64,000 bases of DNA, taken from positions 1,312,001 through 1,376,000 of the forward strand of contig CBDFGR010000002.1 in the NCBI GenBank assembly GCA_965247115.1. Direction: 5' to 3'. Position 1 is the stretch's first letter. Each line of letters starts with the position of its first letter. The translations under genes and the position numbers were made by a program. The notes under the pieces are model-generated. The model was not told the DNA's origin and did no database searches. It saw only the letters and a list, made by a program, of their open reading frames with translations. Below are positions 10,761 to 20,346 of this stretch, in pieces. Source of the stretch: Myxococcota bacterium (GTDB lineage: Bacteria > Myxococcota_A > UBA9160 > SZUA-336).

Positions 10761-11549
10761 GTGGAATTCAAAACCGTCATCGTCAAGACAGAGGGCTCGA
10801 TCGGGCGGCTGATCCTGAACCGCCCGGAGCGGCTGAACGCCCTGGGCCCCACGATCATGGGAGATCTCACGGAAGCGGCGCACTGGTTCGACCGTCAGCC
10901 GGAGGTGCGCGTGGTGATCGTGAGCGGTGCGGGCCGCGCGTTCAGCGCCGGTGCCGATCTCAAGGACACCGCGCCCACCCCGGCGCCTACCTGGCAGGAG
11001 CGCCGAGAGGGCGGACAGATCGGGCTGCGGATGGCTGACGCGATCGAGCAGATGCACGCCGTCACCATCGCCCGCATCCAGGGCTACGCGGTCGGCGGCG
11101 GTGTCGTCCTCGCGGCGGTCTGCGATCTGCGGGTGGCGGCAGAGGACGCGGTCTTCTTCATCCCCGAAGTGGACCTTGGCCTGCCGCTCGCATGGGGAGG
11201 CATCCCGCGACTCGTACGCGAGATCGGGCCCGCGCTCACCAAGGAGCTCGTCATGACCTGCCGACGCTTCTCGCCGGCCGAGGCCAAGGCCGCCGGCTTT
11301 GTGAACCGCGTGGTTCCGGAAGCCGAGCTCGACGCAGAGGTCGAGGCCCTCGCGCGCGAGATTGCCGAGAAGCCCGCCGTTCCCGTCATCATCACGAAGG
11401 AGCACGTGAACACCGTGACGCGTCAGATCGCCGGGACCACGGCGTACGCCGACGGGGACGTCCTGCAAGGGACATCGGCTGCCCAGGAGTCTCGCGACGC
11501 GGGCAGAGCCTACAGGGAGCGGACCTTCAGTCGGCCGAAGTCGAGCTGA
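10761..11549 (+). CDS. Enoyl-CoA hydratase/isomerase family protein
   Basis: LNRPERLNAL, AFSAGADL, GYAVGGG and FFIPEVDLGL motifs; GTG start inferred. Confidence 0.92.
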   Translation: MEFKTVIVKTEGSIGRLILNRPERLNALGPTIMGDLTEAAHWFDRQPEVRVVIVSGAGRAFSAGADLKDTAPTPAPTWQERREGGQIGLRMADAIEQMHAVTIARIQGYAVGGGVVLAAVCDLRVAAEDAVFFIPEVDLGLPLAWGGIPRLVREIGPALTKELVMTCRRFSPAEAKAAGFVNRVVPEAELDAEVEALAREIAEKPAVPVIITKEHVNTVTRQIAGTTAYADGDVLQGTSAAQESRDAGRAYRERTFSRPKSS

Positions 11550-12237
11550 CGCTCCGCTCGATCCCGTCGAAGAACTGCCACCACATTGCGAGCGACTGCT
11601 GCACCGCGCGGCGCACGCGCTCCTGCCACTCGTCGGACGTCGCGTAGCCCAGCACAATGTGCTTGCCGACGTCGCTGTGGTCGGCGTCCGCGGTCTCGTG
11701 CACGTCCCAGAAGGCGACCGCTTCGCGCGCCAGCCCGTAGTGCTTCTCTAGCCCGCGAGCGAAGTGAGCGAAGCTGCCAGGAACCTGGCCCTCGGCCGCC
11801 AGGTTCATGGCCGCGGAGCCCTCGACGAAGGAGCGCTGCTTGCTCGAGAGCTCGAACCAGTCGATCAGCGCCGCGGTGGAAGGGAGCGGCTTCCCGTGGA
11901 CAAGCTCCTCGCGGTCCATTCCGAGCCCGAGCCCGAACAGGATGAACAGCTCGGGGTGCGGCAGATCGCAGCCCGAAATGCGTCCGGTCTCCTCTTCGTA
12001 AAGGCTCTCGGCAAGCTCGACGCGCTGCGCGGGGTCGGGACAGCTCGCGTGCAGCGCGCTGATCGCGCGCGGAAACTCGCGCACCTGCAGGAAGAACTGA
12101 ACGGCGAAGGTGCGCAGCGACGATCTCGGCTCCTTCCCCTCCTGGATCCGCAGCCAGAGTGGATGGCCCCCGAAGCTCCTCCCGGCGTCGATGCTGGAGC
12201 GGAGCTCAGCGGCAAAGTCTTCGCGCGAGAGCGCCAT
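11527..12237 (-). CDS. Heme-oxygenase-like diiron (TenA/PqqC/CADD-type) redox enzyme
   Basis: HPLW N-terminus, LYEEETG..PHPELF, AAEGQ and FWDVHETADADH give the E/H/E/H/D/H ligand pattern. Confidence 0.78.
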   Translation of the reverse strand: MALSREDFAAELRSSIDAGRSFGGHPLWLRIQEGKEPRSSLRTFAVQFFLQVREFPRAISALHASCPDPAQRVELAESLYEEETGRISGCDLPHPELFILFGLGLGMDREELVHGKPLPSTAALIDWFELSSKQRSFVEGSAAMNLAAEGQVPGSFAHFARGLEKHYGLAREAVAFWDVHETADADHSDVGKHIVLGYATSDEWQERVRRAVQQSLAMWWQFFDGIERSVSSTSAD

Positions 12238-12309
12238 GCAGTGCATTGTACATCAAGCACGAGATAGAATGCTCGCAGCCAGCACGGCAAGCGAAAGGGG
12301 AACCCACGT

Positions 12310-12807
12310 ATGGGACAGAAACTCGAGGCGGGCGAGACCTTCCCGAGCGTTACCATGAAGCTCGTCGGTGGGGAGACCGTCACTCTGCCGGACGACCTCG
12401 CGACCCCCTACGGAGTGGTGCTCTTCTACCGGGGTCACTGGTGACCCTACTGCCGAAGGCAGTTGTCTTCGTTCGAAGAGAAGAAGGATGAGCTCGCGGC
12501 TCTCGGCGTGAGCGTCTACGCAGCAGCCGTTGACCCCGAAGAAAAGTCCAAGGAGGTCGCGGACTCCGGCGTCAGCTTTCCGCTCGCACATGGCGTGACA
12601 CGCGAGATCGGGGAGAAGCTCGGATCCTGGTGGGATGACCGGCGGGACTTCATTCAGCCGTCGGAGTTCGTCATGTCGCGGGACGGCACGATCATGTGCT
12701 CGTCCTACAGCAGCAGCCCGCTCGCCCGTACCGATCCCGGCGACGTGATCTCGCTCTTGAAGTTCATCGAGTCGCGGAGAAAGAAGAGGGAGGCCGAACG
12801 GGGCTGA
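12310..12807 (+). CDS. AhpC/TSA (peroxiredoxin-like) protein, probable selenoprotein (UxxC), 165 aa
   Basis: ATG 12310 reads MGQKLEAGETFP...VVLFYRGHW-TGA(12442-12444)-PYCRRQL and continues in frame into ORF 12463..12807; purine-rich SD-like run upstream. Confidence 0.85.
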
Positions 12808-12812
12808 CGGCC

Positions 12813-13583
12813 TCAATCGTCGAAGGAGCCATGGCGGCCCGCGCCGTCCGCGAAGCGCCGCGCCCCTTCCCGGGTCTCGCCGGAGTCGATCACCTCGCGG
12901 CCTAGCCGAGTTTCTTCGGTCATGGCGGCATCGAAGTCCAGATCCCACTGGCTGTAGGACGACAGGCGGTCGCTCCGCAGACAGCGCTGCGGAAACGCGG
13001 CCATCTGCTTCGCCATAACGACAGCCTCCAAACGTGCCTGGCCCGGCTCCACCAGGCGGTTCGCCAGCCCCATCAGGCGGGCCTCCTCTCCGGACACACC
13101 CCGGCCCGTCAGGATGAGATCCAGCGCGTGGCTGTGTCCCAGCTTTCGCGACAGGCGCACGGTCCCGCCGTCGATCAGAGGCACGCCCCAGCGTCGGCAG
13201 AACACCCCAAAGACGGCGTCTCGCGCCGCAACGCGCAGATCGCACCAGATCGCGAGCTCCAGCCCGCCAGCAACAGCGTAGCCTTCGACCGCCGCGATCA
13301 CGGGCTTTGTGAGCAGCATGCGAGACGGACCCATCGGACCGTCGCCCTCCCGGCCCACGCGGTTGCCGCCCCCCCCGGAGACAGCCTTCAGATCTGCTCC
13401 CGCGCAGAAACAGCCCTCCGCGCCGGTCAGCACGGCCACGCCCATGTCCTCGTCTGCCTCGAAGGTTCGGAACGCATCTGCGAGCAGCGCGGCGGTCGCT
13501 CCGTCGACACAGTTCCACACCTTTGGGCGATTGATGGTGACGATCGCCACGGGTCCATCAGTCTCGTACGTCACGTTGCTCAT
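12813..13583 (-). CDS. Crotonase/enoyl-CoA hydratase family protein
   Basis: INRPKVWNCVD, FCAGADL, AVAGGLELA and RRWGVPLIDGG motifs. Confidence 0.92.
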   Translation of the reverse strand: MSNVTYETDGPVAIVTINRPKVWNCVDGATAALLADAFRTFEADEDMGVAVLTGAEGCFCAGADLKAVSGGGGNRVGREGDGPMGPSRMLLTKPVIAAVEGYAVAGGLELAIWCDLRVAARDAVFGVFCRRWGVPLIDGGTVRLSRKLGHSHALDLILTGRGVSGEEARLMGLANRLVEPGQARLEAVVMAKQMAAFPQRCLRSDRLSSYSQWDLDFDAAMTEETRLGREVIDSGETREGARRFADGAGRHGSFDD

Positions 13584-13660
13584 ATTTCCCCCTGCGAAAA
13601 ACCACGGCGCTCATTATGCGTTCGGCGGCTTCTCCGGGGAAATGCGAACATAGCGCCGGA

Positions 13661-14731
13661 ATGCCAGCCAGGTCGGAGCTACGCGGCGACTCGATTCGCA
13701 CAGAGAGACTCGTTCGTCAGCGCCTCGCGACACCCCTGGCGGCCCGAAAGGGCGTCGGCGAGCTGATTCGAGCGCTGCAACCGCTTTCCACCGGGCCCCA
13801 GGCGCGGCCAGGGAGCCCGCCGCGCCTCCTGCACAGGACCCGCTTCAACGACGAGGCCGCGCTCGATCGGTTGAGGCAGGAGCGCATGCTCGTGAAGGGT
13901 CGCTTCCGGGCCGGAGGCGTTGGATACGTCCTTGCGGAGGACCTGGCGCTCTACGCGAACGCCTTCCAGAAGCCGCTCGAGCGGCCGAACGATACGCAGG
14001 CCGAGGTTCTGGACGTCGTGCAGCGAGCCGGCCCGATCACACCAAAGCAGATCAAGGCGGAGACCGGCCTGCTGAACAAGCGGATCATGCCCGCGCTTCA
14101 CAGACTCCAGACCGCGTTCCTGGTCTACGAGGACCAGCTCGACGACGACTGGGATCGGCCCTGGTACGACTTCGAGACGGAGTGGCCGCGCGTGAAGCTT
14201 GACCCGGCGCGGCGCGAGGCAGATCTGGCCGAGGTCCTGCTGCGCTTCCTTCACGCTCACGTCTTTGCCACTCAGGAGCAGATCCGCGACTGGACTCAGC
14301 TGCCTGTGCGCACGCTCCAGTCCTTGCTCAGCGAGCTCGAGCAAGCAGGCCAGATCCTGGTGCGCAAGGTCGACGGCCTCGGCGAGGGCTTCTGCCGCGG
14401 CGGAGACGGCAGGCTGCTCGACCGGTCTCTCCCGGAGAGCCTGTTCGTTCTTCACAAGGGCGATTTTCTGGTACGTGCGCGGGAGAGCGAGCTCAACCGT
14501 CGCTTCGGAGCACGCGACATCCTGCAGTTCTTGCTGATCGATGGCGACTTCGTCGGCGCGGTCCGCGGCCATTGGGGCTTCAAGCCCTTTGATGTGACTG
14601 ACGTGGCACTCGAGCTGCCCCGCGCGATGCGCGAGCGACGACGCGAGGAGATCCTTGCCGCGGTTGTCGCCGCGTATCCCCCACCCCGGCACCAAGTCCT
14701 CCGTTACGCGGGCAAAAGACTGGCGCGCTAG
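13661..14731 (+). CDS. Winged-helix protein, AlkZ/YcaQ (HTH_42)-like
   Basis: RLVRQRL N-terminus, LVKGRF, repeated wHTH segments, RFLHAHVFATQEQIRDW and LLIDGDFVG..W resemble this family; divergent. Confidence 0.55.
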   Translation: MPARSELRGDSIRTERLVRQRLATPLAARKGVGELIRALQPLSTGPQARPGSPPRLLHRTRFNDEAALDRLRQERMLVKGRFRAGGVGYVLAEDLALYANAFQKPLERPNDTQAEVLDVVQRAGPITPKQIKAETGLLNKRIMPALHRLQTAFLVYEDQLDDDWDRPWYDFETEWPRVKLDPARREADLAEVLLRFLHAHVFATQEQIRDWTQLPVRTLQSLLSELEQAGQILVRKVDGLGEGFCRGGDGRLLDRSLPESLFVLHKGDFLVRARESELNRRFGARDILQFLLIDGDFVGAVRGHWGFKPFDVTDVALELPRAMRERRREEILAAVVAAYPPPRHQVLRYAGKRLAR

Positions 14732-14734
14732 CCC

Positions 14735-17700
14735 GTGCTCTGCCCGGCCTGCGAGCATCCGAATCCGGAGGGATCGCGCTTCTGCAACCGCTGTGGCGCG
14801 AATCTCGGGGCAACTCCCTCCTCTCCGCGAGATGCGCCCCGCCACTACACGCCGCGTCATCTCGCCGACAAGATCCTGACCACCAGGTCGGCCCTCGAAG
14901 GCGAGCGCAAGCAGGTCACCGTGCTGTTCGCAGACGTGAAGGGCTCACTCGACCTGGCAACGCAGCTCGACCCGGAGGAGTGGCACCGAATCATGGACCG
15001 CTTCTTCCAGATCCTGGCGAGTGGCGTTCACCGCTTCGAGGGCACAGTCAATCAGTACACAGGCGACGGGATCATGGCCCTGTTCGGCGCGCCAATCGCC
15101 CACGAGGATCACGCCAGGCGCGCATGCTACGCCGCGCTCCACCTGACCGAAGAGCTGCGGCGCTACGCGGACGAGCTGCGCCTTCACGAGGAGCTCAACT
15201 TATCGGTCCGCATGGGTCTGAACTCGGGAGAGGTGGTCGTCGGCCGCATCGGGGACGACCTGCGCATGGACTACACCGCACAAGGACAGACGGTGGGCCT
15301 GGCCGCGCGCATGGAGCATCTCGCGGAGCCTGGCAAAGTCTTTCTGACCAGGCACACCGCCGATCTGGTCAAGGGCTTCTTCGAGCTCCGGGACCTGGGT
15401 GAGACCTCGGTCCGAGGCGCTGAGGAGCCCGTGCGCATCTACGAGCTGGAAGGTGTCGGACAGCTACGGACGCGACTCGACGTATCGCGCAGCCGGGGCT
15501 TCTCCAGGTTCGTGGGCCGTGACGAGGAGATGGCGCAGCTCGAGGCCGCCCTGGAGCTCGCGATCAACGGCGAGGGCGGGGTCGTGGCTCTGATCGGCGA
15601 GCCTGGCGTCGGCAAGAGCCGGGTCGGCTTCGAGTTCCTGGAGCGCTGCCGCGAGCGTGGTCTGCCCCTGTACCGAAGCCACGCCCTCTCGCACGCGCGC
15701 TCCGTGCCGTTTCTGCCGGTGCTCGATCTCATGCGGGACTACTTCGGAATCTCGGAGCAAGACGGCGACGAGACCGCCCGGGACAAGATCGCCGGGCGAG
15801 CCGTACGATTGGACGACAGCATCGCGGACGCGCTCCCGATCCTGTTCGACTTTCTGGGCGTACCAGACCCGTCGCAGCCCGCGCCCCTGACCGATCCCTC
15901 GGCGCGCGAGTCGCGGCTCTTCGAGGTCGTAAGCCGGCTGCTGCAAGCGCGTAGCGCGCGCGAGCCCACGGTTCTGATGATCGACGATCTGCACTGGATC
16001 GACAGTGGCAGCGAGCGCTTCATCGGACACCTGGTCGACTCGCTGCCGCAGACACGCACGCTCCTGCTGCTGATCTTTCGGCCGGAGTACCGCGCCCCGT
16101 GGATAGCCAGGCCGTATTACCGAGAGCTCTCGCTCTCCCCGCTTGCCCCCGCAGCCACAGCACAGCTACTGGCGGAGCTGCTGGGAGTGGACCCCAGCGT
16201 CCGCAAGCTGCCCGACCTGATCGAGCAGAGAACCGAGGGGAACCCGTTCTTCATCGAAGAAGTCGTCCAGGCGCTCGTCGACTCGGGGGCACTCGTCGGG
16301 GCACGAGGAGCACACCGTCTGGCACAGCCGATGGAAGAGCTTCGCGTCCCGGACAGCGTTCAGGCTCTGCTCGCCGCGCGGATCGACCGGCTCCCGGAGT
16401 CCGCGAAGCGTCTGCTACAGACGGCAGCCGTCATCGGCAAGCAGTTCGGCGAGGCCCTGCTCGAGGCCGTCATCGAGCTGCCCCGCCTGGAGCTCGCGGT
16501 CCTCCTTCAGCGTCTGCTTGCGGGGGAATTCATCTACGAGGAGGCGCTGTACCCAGAGCCCGAATACTCGTTCAAGCATCCCCTGACGCAGGAAGTGGCG
16601 TACGGAACCCAGCTTCGTACCGGCCGCACACGTACACACGCTGCTGTCGCCCGTGCCATCGAAGCTGCGGACCCTGCGAAGGTCGACGAGCAGTCCGCCC
16701 TTATCGCACACCACTGGGAAGCGGCGGGCGAGGCTCTCCTGGCCGCGCGCTCGCATCGCTCCGCCGCGGAGTGGGCGGGAATCCGCCACCCGGCGGAGGC
16801 GCTCCGACATTGGCAGAGGGTTCCGGAGCTCCTCAGAACGCTCCCTGAGACCGCGGAGACGAACGCCCTCGGGGTGGAAGCCTACGTCCGCATCTTGCTC
16901 CTGGGCATGCGCCTCGGCATGACGGAAGAGGAGGCGGCGGAGGTCTTCGACGAGGGGCGGGAGCTGGCGTCGCGCGCCGACGATCCGCATCTGTTGGCCG
17001 GTCTGCTCTACCGCTACGGAGCGCTGCGCGGCACGGAGGGAGCGATCGAGGAGGCGCTCGAGTTCAGCCGCCAGGTGCTGAACCTGGGCGTCCAGACGCG
17101 CGACCCCGACCTTCTATGGGCAGCACGTGTGGGCGTCGCGCACTGGTCGCACTATCTCGGGAGGCTCCGAGAGGGATTGTTGGTGATCGACCGAGCGCTC
17201 TCCCACGCCTCGGACGATCTCGATGTCGGAACGGAGTTTCTCGGCTACCGCCCGATCATCGGACTCCGCATGTACCGCGGCATGCACCTCCTGCTGATGG
17301 GACGCCTCGAGGAGGCGGAGGCCTGGCTGCAACGAGCCCTGCGGAGTGCCGAGGACGCAGGCGAGGTAGAGCTACCGGGCTGGGTGCGTCTCTACCAGGG
17401 AAAGCTGGCCTATTACCGTGGAGATGCGGACCTCGCCCTCGCCAACAGCCGCGCCGGGCTGGAGGCCGCGGAACAGACGGGCAGCGGCTTTGGTGCCGTA
17501 CAGGCCTACCACGCGCTCGGCTGCGCGCACCTGTTGCGACAGGAATGGGCAGAGGTGATCGACATGAGTCGGGTGGGCCTCGAACTGGCGCGAAGGACCC
17601 GGACCGGCTTGTTCCTCGAGGCGGAGCTGCTGGTCCACGTGGCGGAGGGACAGCTCGGGCGCGGAGAGTGGGCGCCAGCGCGATCGAGTGTTCGCGAAGC

Positions 17701-18022
17701 CGTGGCTGTGGCGCGACGGCGGGGCACGCGCGTGGCCGAGGCCATGGCCCTGCTTGTGGAAGCGCGTCTTCTGACGCGAACACGGGGAGGGAGCGCCCGG
17801 GGGAGAGTCCTGGCAGGGCTGCGCGCGGCTCAGTCGCTGATCGACAACACGGGAGCGCGAACCCTGGAGCCCTACGTGCATCTCGAGCGAGCGAACCTCG
17901 CCCGCGCAACAGGGGACCGGGGTACACGGCAGCGAGAGCTTCGCATCGCCCAGCGCCTGTTCCGCGAAATGGGCGCCGGGGCGCGGTCTGTCCGTCTCGA
18001 AGAAGAGCTGCGCGGCCTCTAG
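14735..18022 (+). CDS. Class III adenylate/guanylate cyclase with double zinc ribbon, STAND-type NTPase and TPR-like C-terminus
   Basis: CPAC..FCNRC, ERKQVTVLFADVKGS, YTGDGIMALFGAP, FVGRDEE, GEPGVGKSR, IDDLHWID and GNPFFIEE motifs. Confidence 0.93.
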   Translation: MLCPACEHPNPEGSRFCNRCGANLGATPSSPRDAPRHYTPRHLADKILTTRSALEGERKQVTVLFADVKGSLDLATQLDPEEWHRIMDRFFQILASGVHRFEGTVNQYTGDGIMALFGAPIAHEDHARRACYAALHLTEELRRYADELRLHEELNLSVRMGLNSGEVVVGRIGDDLRMDYTAQGQTVGLAARMEHLAEPGKVFLTRHTADLVKGFFELRDLGETSVRGAEEPVRIYELEGVGQLRTRLDVSRSRGFSRFVGRDEEMAQLEAALELAINGEGGVVALIGEPGVGKSRVGFEFLERCRERGLPLYRSHALSHARSVPFLPVLDLMRDYFGISEQDGDETARDKIAGRAVRLDDSIADALPILFDFLGVPDPSQPAPLTDPSARESRLFEVVSRLLQARSAREPTVLMIDDLHWIDSGSERFIGHLVDSLPQTRTLLLLIFRPEYRAPWIARPYYRELSLSPLAPAATAQLLAELLGVDPSVRKLPDLIEQRTEGNPFFIEEVVQALVDSGALVGARGAHRLAQPMEELRVPDSVQALLAARIDRLPESAKRLLQTAAVIGKQFGEALLEAVIELPRLELAVLLQRLLAGEFIYEEALYPEPEYSFKHPLTQEVAYGTQLRTGRTRTHAAVARAIEAADPAKVDEQSALIAHHWEAAGEALLAARSHRSAAEWAGIRHPAEALRHWQRVPELLRTLPETAETNALGVEAYVRILLLGMRLGMTEEEAAEVFDEGRELASRADDPHLLAGLLYRYGALRGTEGAIEEALEFSRQVLNLGVQTRDPDLLWAARVGVAHWSHYLGRLREGLLVIDRALSHASDDLDVGTEFLGYRPIIGLRMYRGMHLLLMGRLEEAEAWLQRALRSAEDAGEVELPGWVRLYQGKLAYYRGDADLALANSRAGLEAAEQTGSGFGAVQAYHALGCAHLLRQEWAEVIDMSRVGLELARRTRTGLFLEAELLVHVAEGQLGRGEWAPARSSVREAVAVARRRGTRVAEAMALLVEARLLTRTRGGSARGRVLAGLRAAQSLIDNTGARTLEPYVHLERANLARATGDRGTRQRELRIAQRLFREMGAGARSVRLEEELRGL

Positions 18023-19239
18023 GTCTGGGACTGGGTGTGGGAGACTTGCTGGTGCCACTCCAGAGCGACCCGATGCTGCTCCGCGATCGAGCTCTCGGGC
18101 AGACCGAGCTCCGTCGCCAGCGACGATACCCGGTCCCAGTCTGCCCTCTCGTGTGCGAGCACCAGGGCGCGAACGCGTCCCAGTCGGGATTCGTCGTCCA
18201 GGATGCCCGCTTTGATCTCCTCGGACAGCGCCATCTCCTGCACGAGCTCGGTGAGAGGCCGGCCGACGAGCGCGTCCACCAGTGAGAGCAGTCCGACCAG
18301 GAACAGGTCGTGGGCGTGTCCAGCTAGCGAGGCCAGCGGAGCCAGGAGCTCGCACACGCGCGCCCGCACCAGACACGTCACGACGAGCTCTGCCGGCTTG
18401 TCCTCGCCGAGCTCGCCGATCGCGAGCATGGTGGCCCACTTCTTGACTGTGGCCTCACCGAGCAATGTGAGCGCGCCCTTGACCGAGCGCACGCGCCCCT
18501 TGTAGCCGAAGGCTGCCGAGTTCAGCATCCGCAACAGCCGCACGGAGAGGGACACGTCGCCCTTGATGATCTCCTCCAGTCGGTCGAAGTCGAGCTCCAG
18601 TCGCGAGACCTCCTGGATGAGCTGCAGGTAGTTCAGCTTGAAGGCGGGAATCTCCTTGCGCGAGATCATCTCGGGGGTGCAGAAGTAGAAGCCCTGGAAG
18701 TACTCGAACCCCAGCCGCATGCCTTCGCGGAACTCCTCGACGGTCTCCACCTTTTCGGCCAGGAGGTGCACCCGCGAGCCATAGAGCGTCACCAGCTCCT
18801 GTCGCTTGGCGGTGGACGTGGTTAGAAAGTCCACCTTGATGAAGTCCGCCATCTCGATCAGCGGCGCGTAGTCTGCATCCTCGACGTAGTCGTCCAGTGC
18901 GAGCAGGTAGCCGGATCTCTTCAGCTCCTTGCAGGCTTCGACCACTTCGGCGTCCGGCTTCACGGTTTCCAGGAGCTCTAGCACCACCCGCTGCGTGGGC
19001 AGGATCGAGTAGAGGTGCTCGGTCAGTACACGGCGCGCAACGTTGACGAATGCGAGCTTCATGGGGGCAAGCGCGTCCAGGCCGAAGGTCGCGACACTGT
19101 CGTGGATCGTCTGCGACGACGCGGCATCCGCATCGATGCCGGGAAAGATGTTCTCCGGGCCCGCCCGGTACAGCAGCTCGTAGCCGAACACATTCTGGTC
19201 CGCGTCGAGAATCGGCTGCCGCGCTATGAAGACGTCCAT
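18019..19239 (-). CDS. EAL + HDOD domain protein (YuxH/PdeH-like c-di-GMP phosphodiesterase)
   Basis: VFIARQPI, GYELLYR, LALDDY, LAEKVET and FQGFYF motifs, then HDOD segment DVSLSVRLLRMLNS. Confidence 0.9.
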   Translation of the reverse strand: MDVFIARQPILDADQNVFGYELLYRAGPENIFPGIDADAASSQTIHDSVATFGLDALAPMKLAFVNVARRVLTEHLYSILPTQRVVLELLETVKPDAEVVEACKELKRSGYLLALDDYVEDADYAPLIEMADFIKVDFLTTSTAKRQELVTLYGSRVHLLAEKVETVEEFREGMRLGFEYFQGFYFCTPEMISRKEIPAFKLNYLQLIQEVSRLELDFDRLEEIIKGDVSLSVRLLRMLNSAAFGYKGRVRSVKGALTLLGEATVKKWATMLAIGELGEDKPAELVVTCLVRARVCELLAPLASLAGHAHDLFLVGLLSLVDALVGRPLTELVQEMALSEEIKAGILDDESRLGRVRALVLAHERADWDRVSSLATELGLPESSIAEQHRVALEWHQQVSHTQSQT

Positions 19240-19375
19240 CTGCCCCTGGGGATTCCTGTCCTCTCTGGAGGTATCGGGCAGCCCCTTGGGGAACTTCAGG
19301 GAGGCTGGGAAAGATTCGCGTCTCAGCGGTCGATAGTCCTCTTGCGAGCCCAACTTCGCCGAGGAACGCAGCGCT

Positions 19376-20290
19376 TTGCCCGACTTGCCCTCCATCGTTC
19401 AAGCCGCGCTGAAGAGCTGCGCGTCCAACGTCGGCCCGCTGATCGGGGTGGAGCTCGAGATCGGCGAGTTCGAGACGGAGACGAGCGAGACGATCCCGGA
19501 GGGCGAGCTCGCCGTGCTGCCGCTCTCGCTGCGCAGCGACGACGATCAGCCCGCCGCCGACGATCCAGTCGTCGGGCTCACGCTGAGCGTGCCGATCCAT
19601 GAGCTCGTAACCCTCGGTCGCCGCATGGCCGGCGATGAAGAGCCGGACAAGGAGCGCGAGATTTCTGGAGAAGACCTCGGGGCGTGCGCAGAGGTCCTGA
19701 CCGTGATGGGCAGTGCGATCGCCGAGTCGTTCCGAGAGCAGCTCGGAGGTCTCGAGCTGGAGGCGGGAGCCTGGTGGTCCACGAGCGAGCCCGAAGAGGC
19801 AGCCTTTCCCGACGGATCGCATCTATGCGGAAAGACCACCGTCGACGTTCCGGGCGGAACCGCCGTGGAGCTCACGCTGCGTGTGCCGGACAGCGTCCTC
19901 GAGCAGACCCTGGGAGTGCAGGCGGCGGCGGATCGAAGGGAGGTGCTACTCGTCGGAGTCGCCACCGAGCTCGCCCAGACCCTGCAGCCCATCCTGGACG
20001 CCGCCGAGCTCAATGTCGCGCTCGCCGATCCCAACGCCGAGGAGGCCACGATGAGCTACGAGACGGCCGACTTGCTGCTGCTCTCGGACGATCGGGACGA
20101 TGCGCTCGCGCTGCTGGGCAGCCTGCGGAAGGCGGACTCCACCTGGAGGAAGCCGTCGATCCTGTGCATGCGCGAGCCCACGCGAGACAGCGTCGTCCGC
20201 GCCATGGAGACCGGCGCCAGCTACGTGCTGAAGCTCCCGACAAGCACGGCCGAGCTGCAGAGGGCCCTCGCGACCCTCCGCAGCGACTGA
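19376..20290 (+). CDS. CheC/CheX-like domain fused to a degenerate receiver domain
   Basis: Acidic N-terminal domain with CAEVLTVMGSA helix; C-terminal VVRAMETGASYVLKLP is receiver-like; TTG start uncertain. Confidence 0.55.
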   Translation: MPDLPSIVQAALKSCASNVGPLIGVELEIGEFETETSETIPEGELAVLPLSLRSDDDQPAADDPVVGLTLSVPIHELVTLGRRMAGDEEPDKEREISGEDLGACAEVLTVMGSAIAESFREQLGGLELEAGAWWSTSEPEEAAFPDGSHLCGKTTVDVPGGTAVELTLRVPDSVLEQTLGVQAAADRREVLLVGVATELAQTLQPILDAAELNVALADPNAEEATMSYETADLLLLSDDRDDALALLGSLRKADSTWRKPSILCMREPTRDSVVRAMETGASYVLKLPTSTAELQRALATLRSD

Positions 20291-20346
20291 GCTCGTCACC
20301 GACCCGACGCTCCTGCTGCTACCATGGCCGCCCAGGAGGAGCTGTC

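Noticed and set aside
12442..12444. Pseudogene or alternative genetic code reading of the in-frame TGAs (also 27487-27489)
   Set aside because: Both TGAs fall on the catalytic Cys column with intact flanks, while many other genes use TGA as a normal stop and TGG for Trp; Sec recoding is more parsimonious
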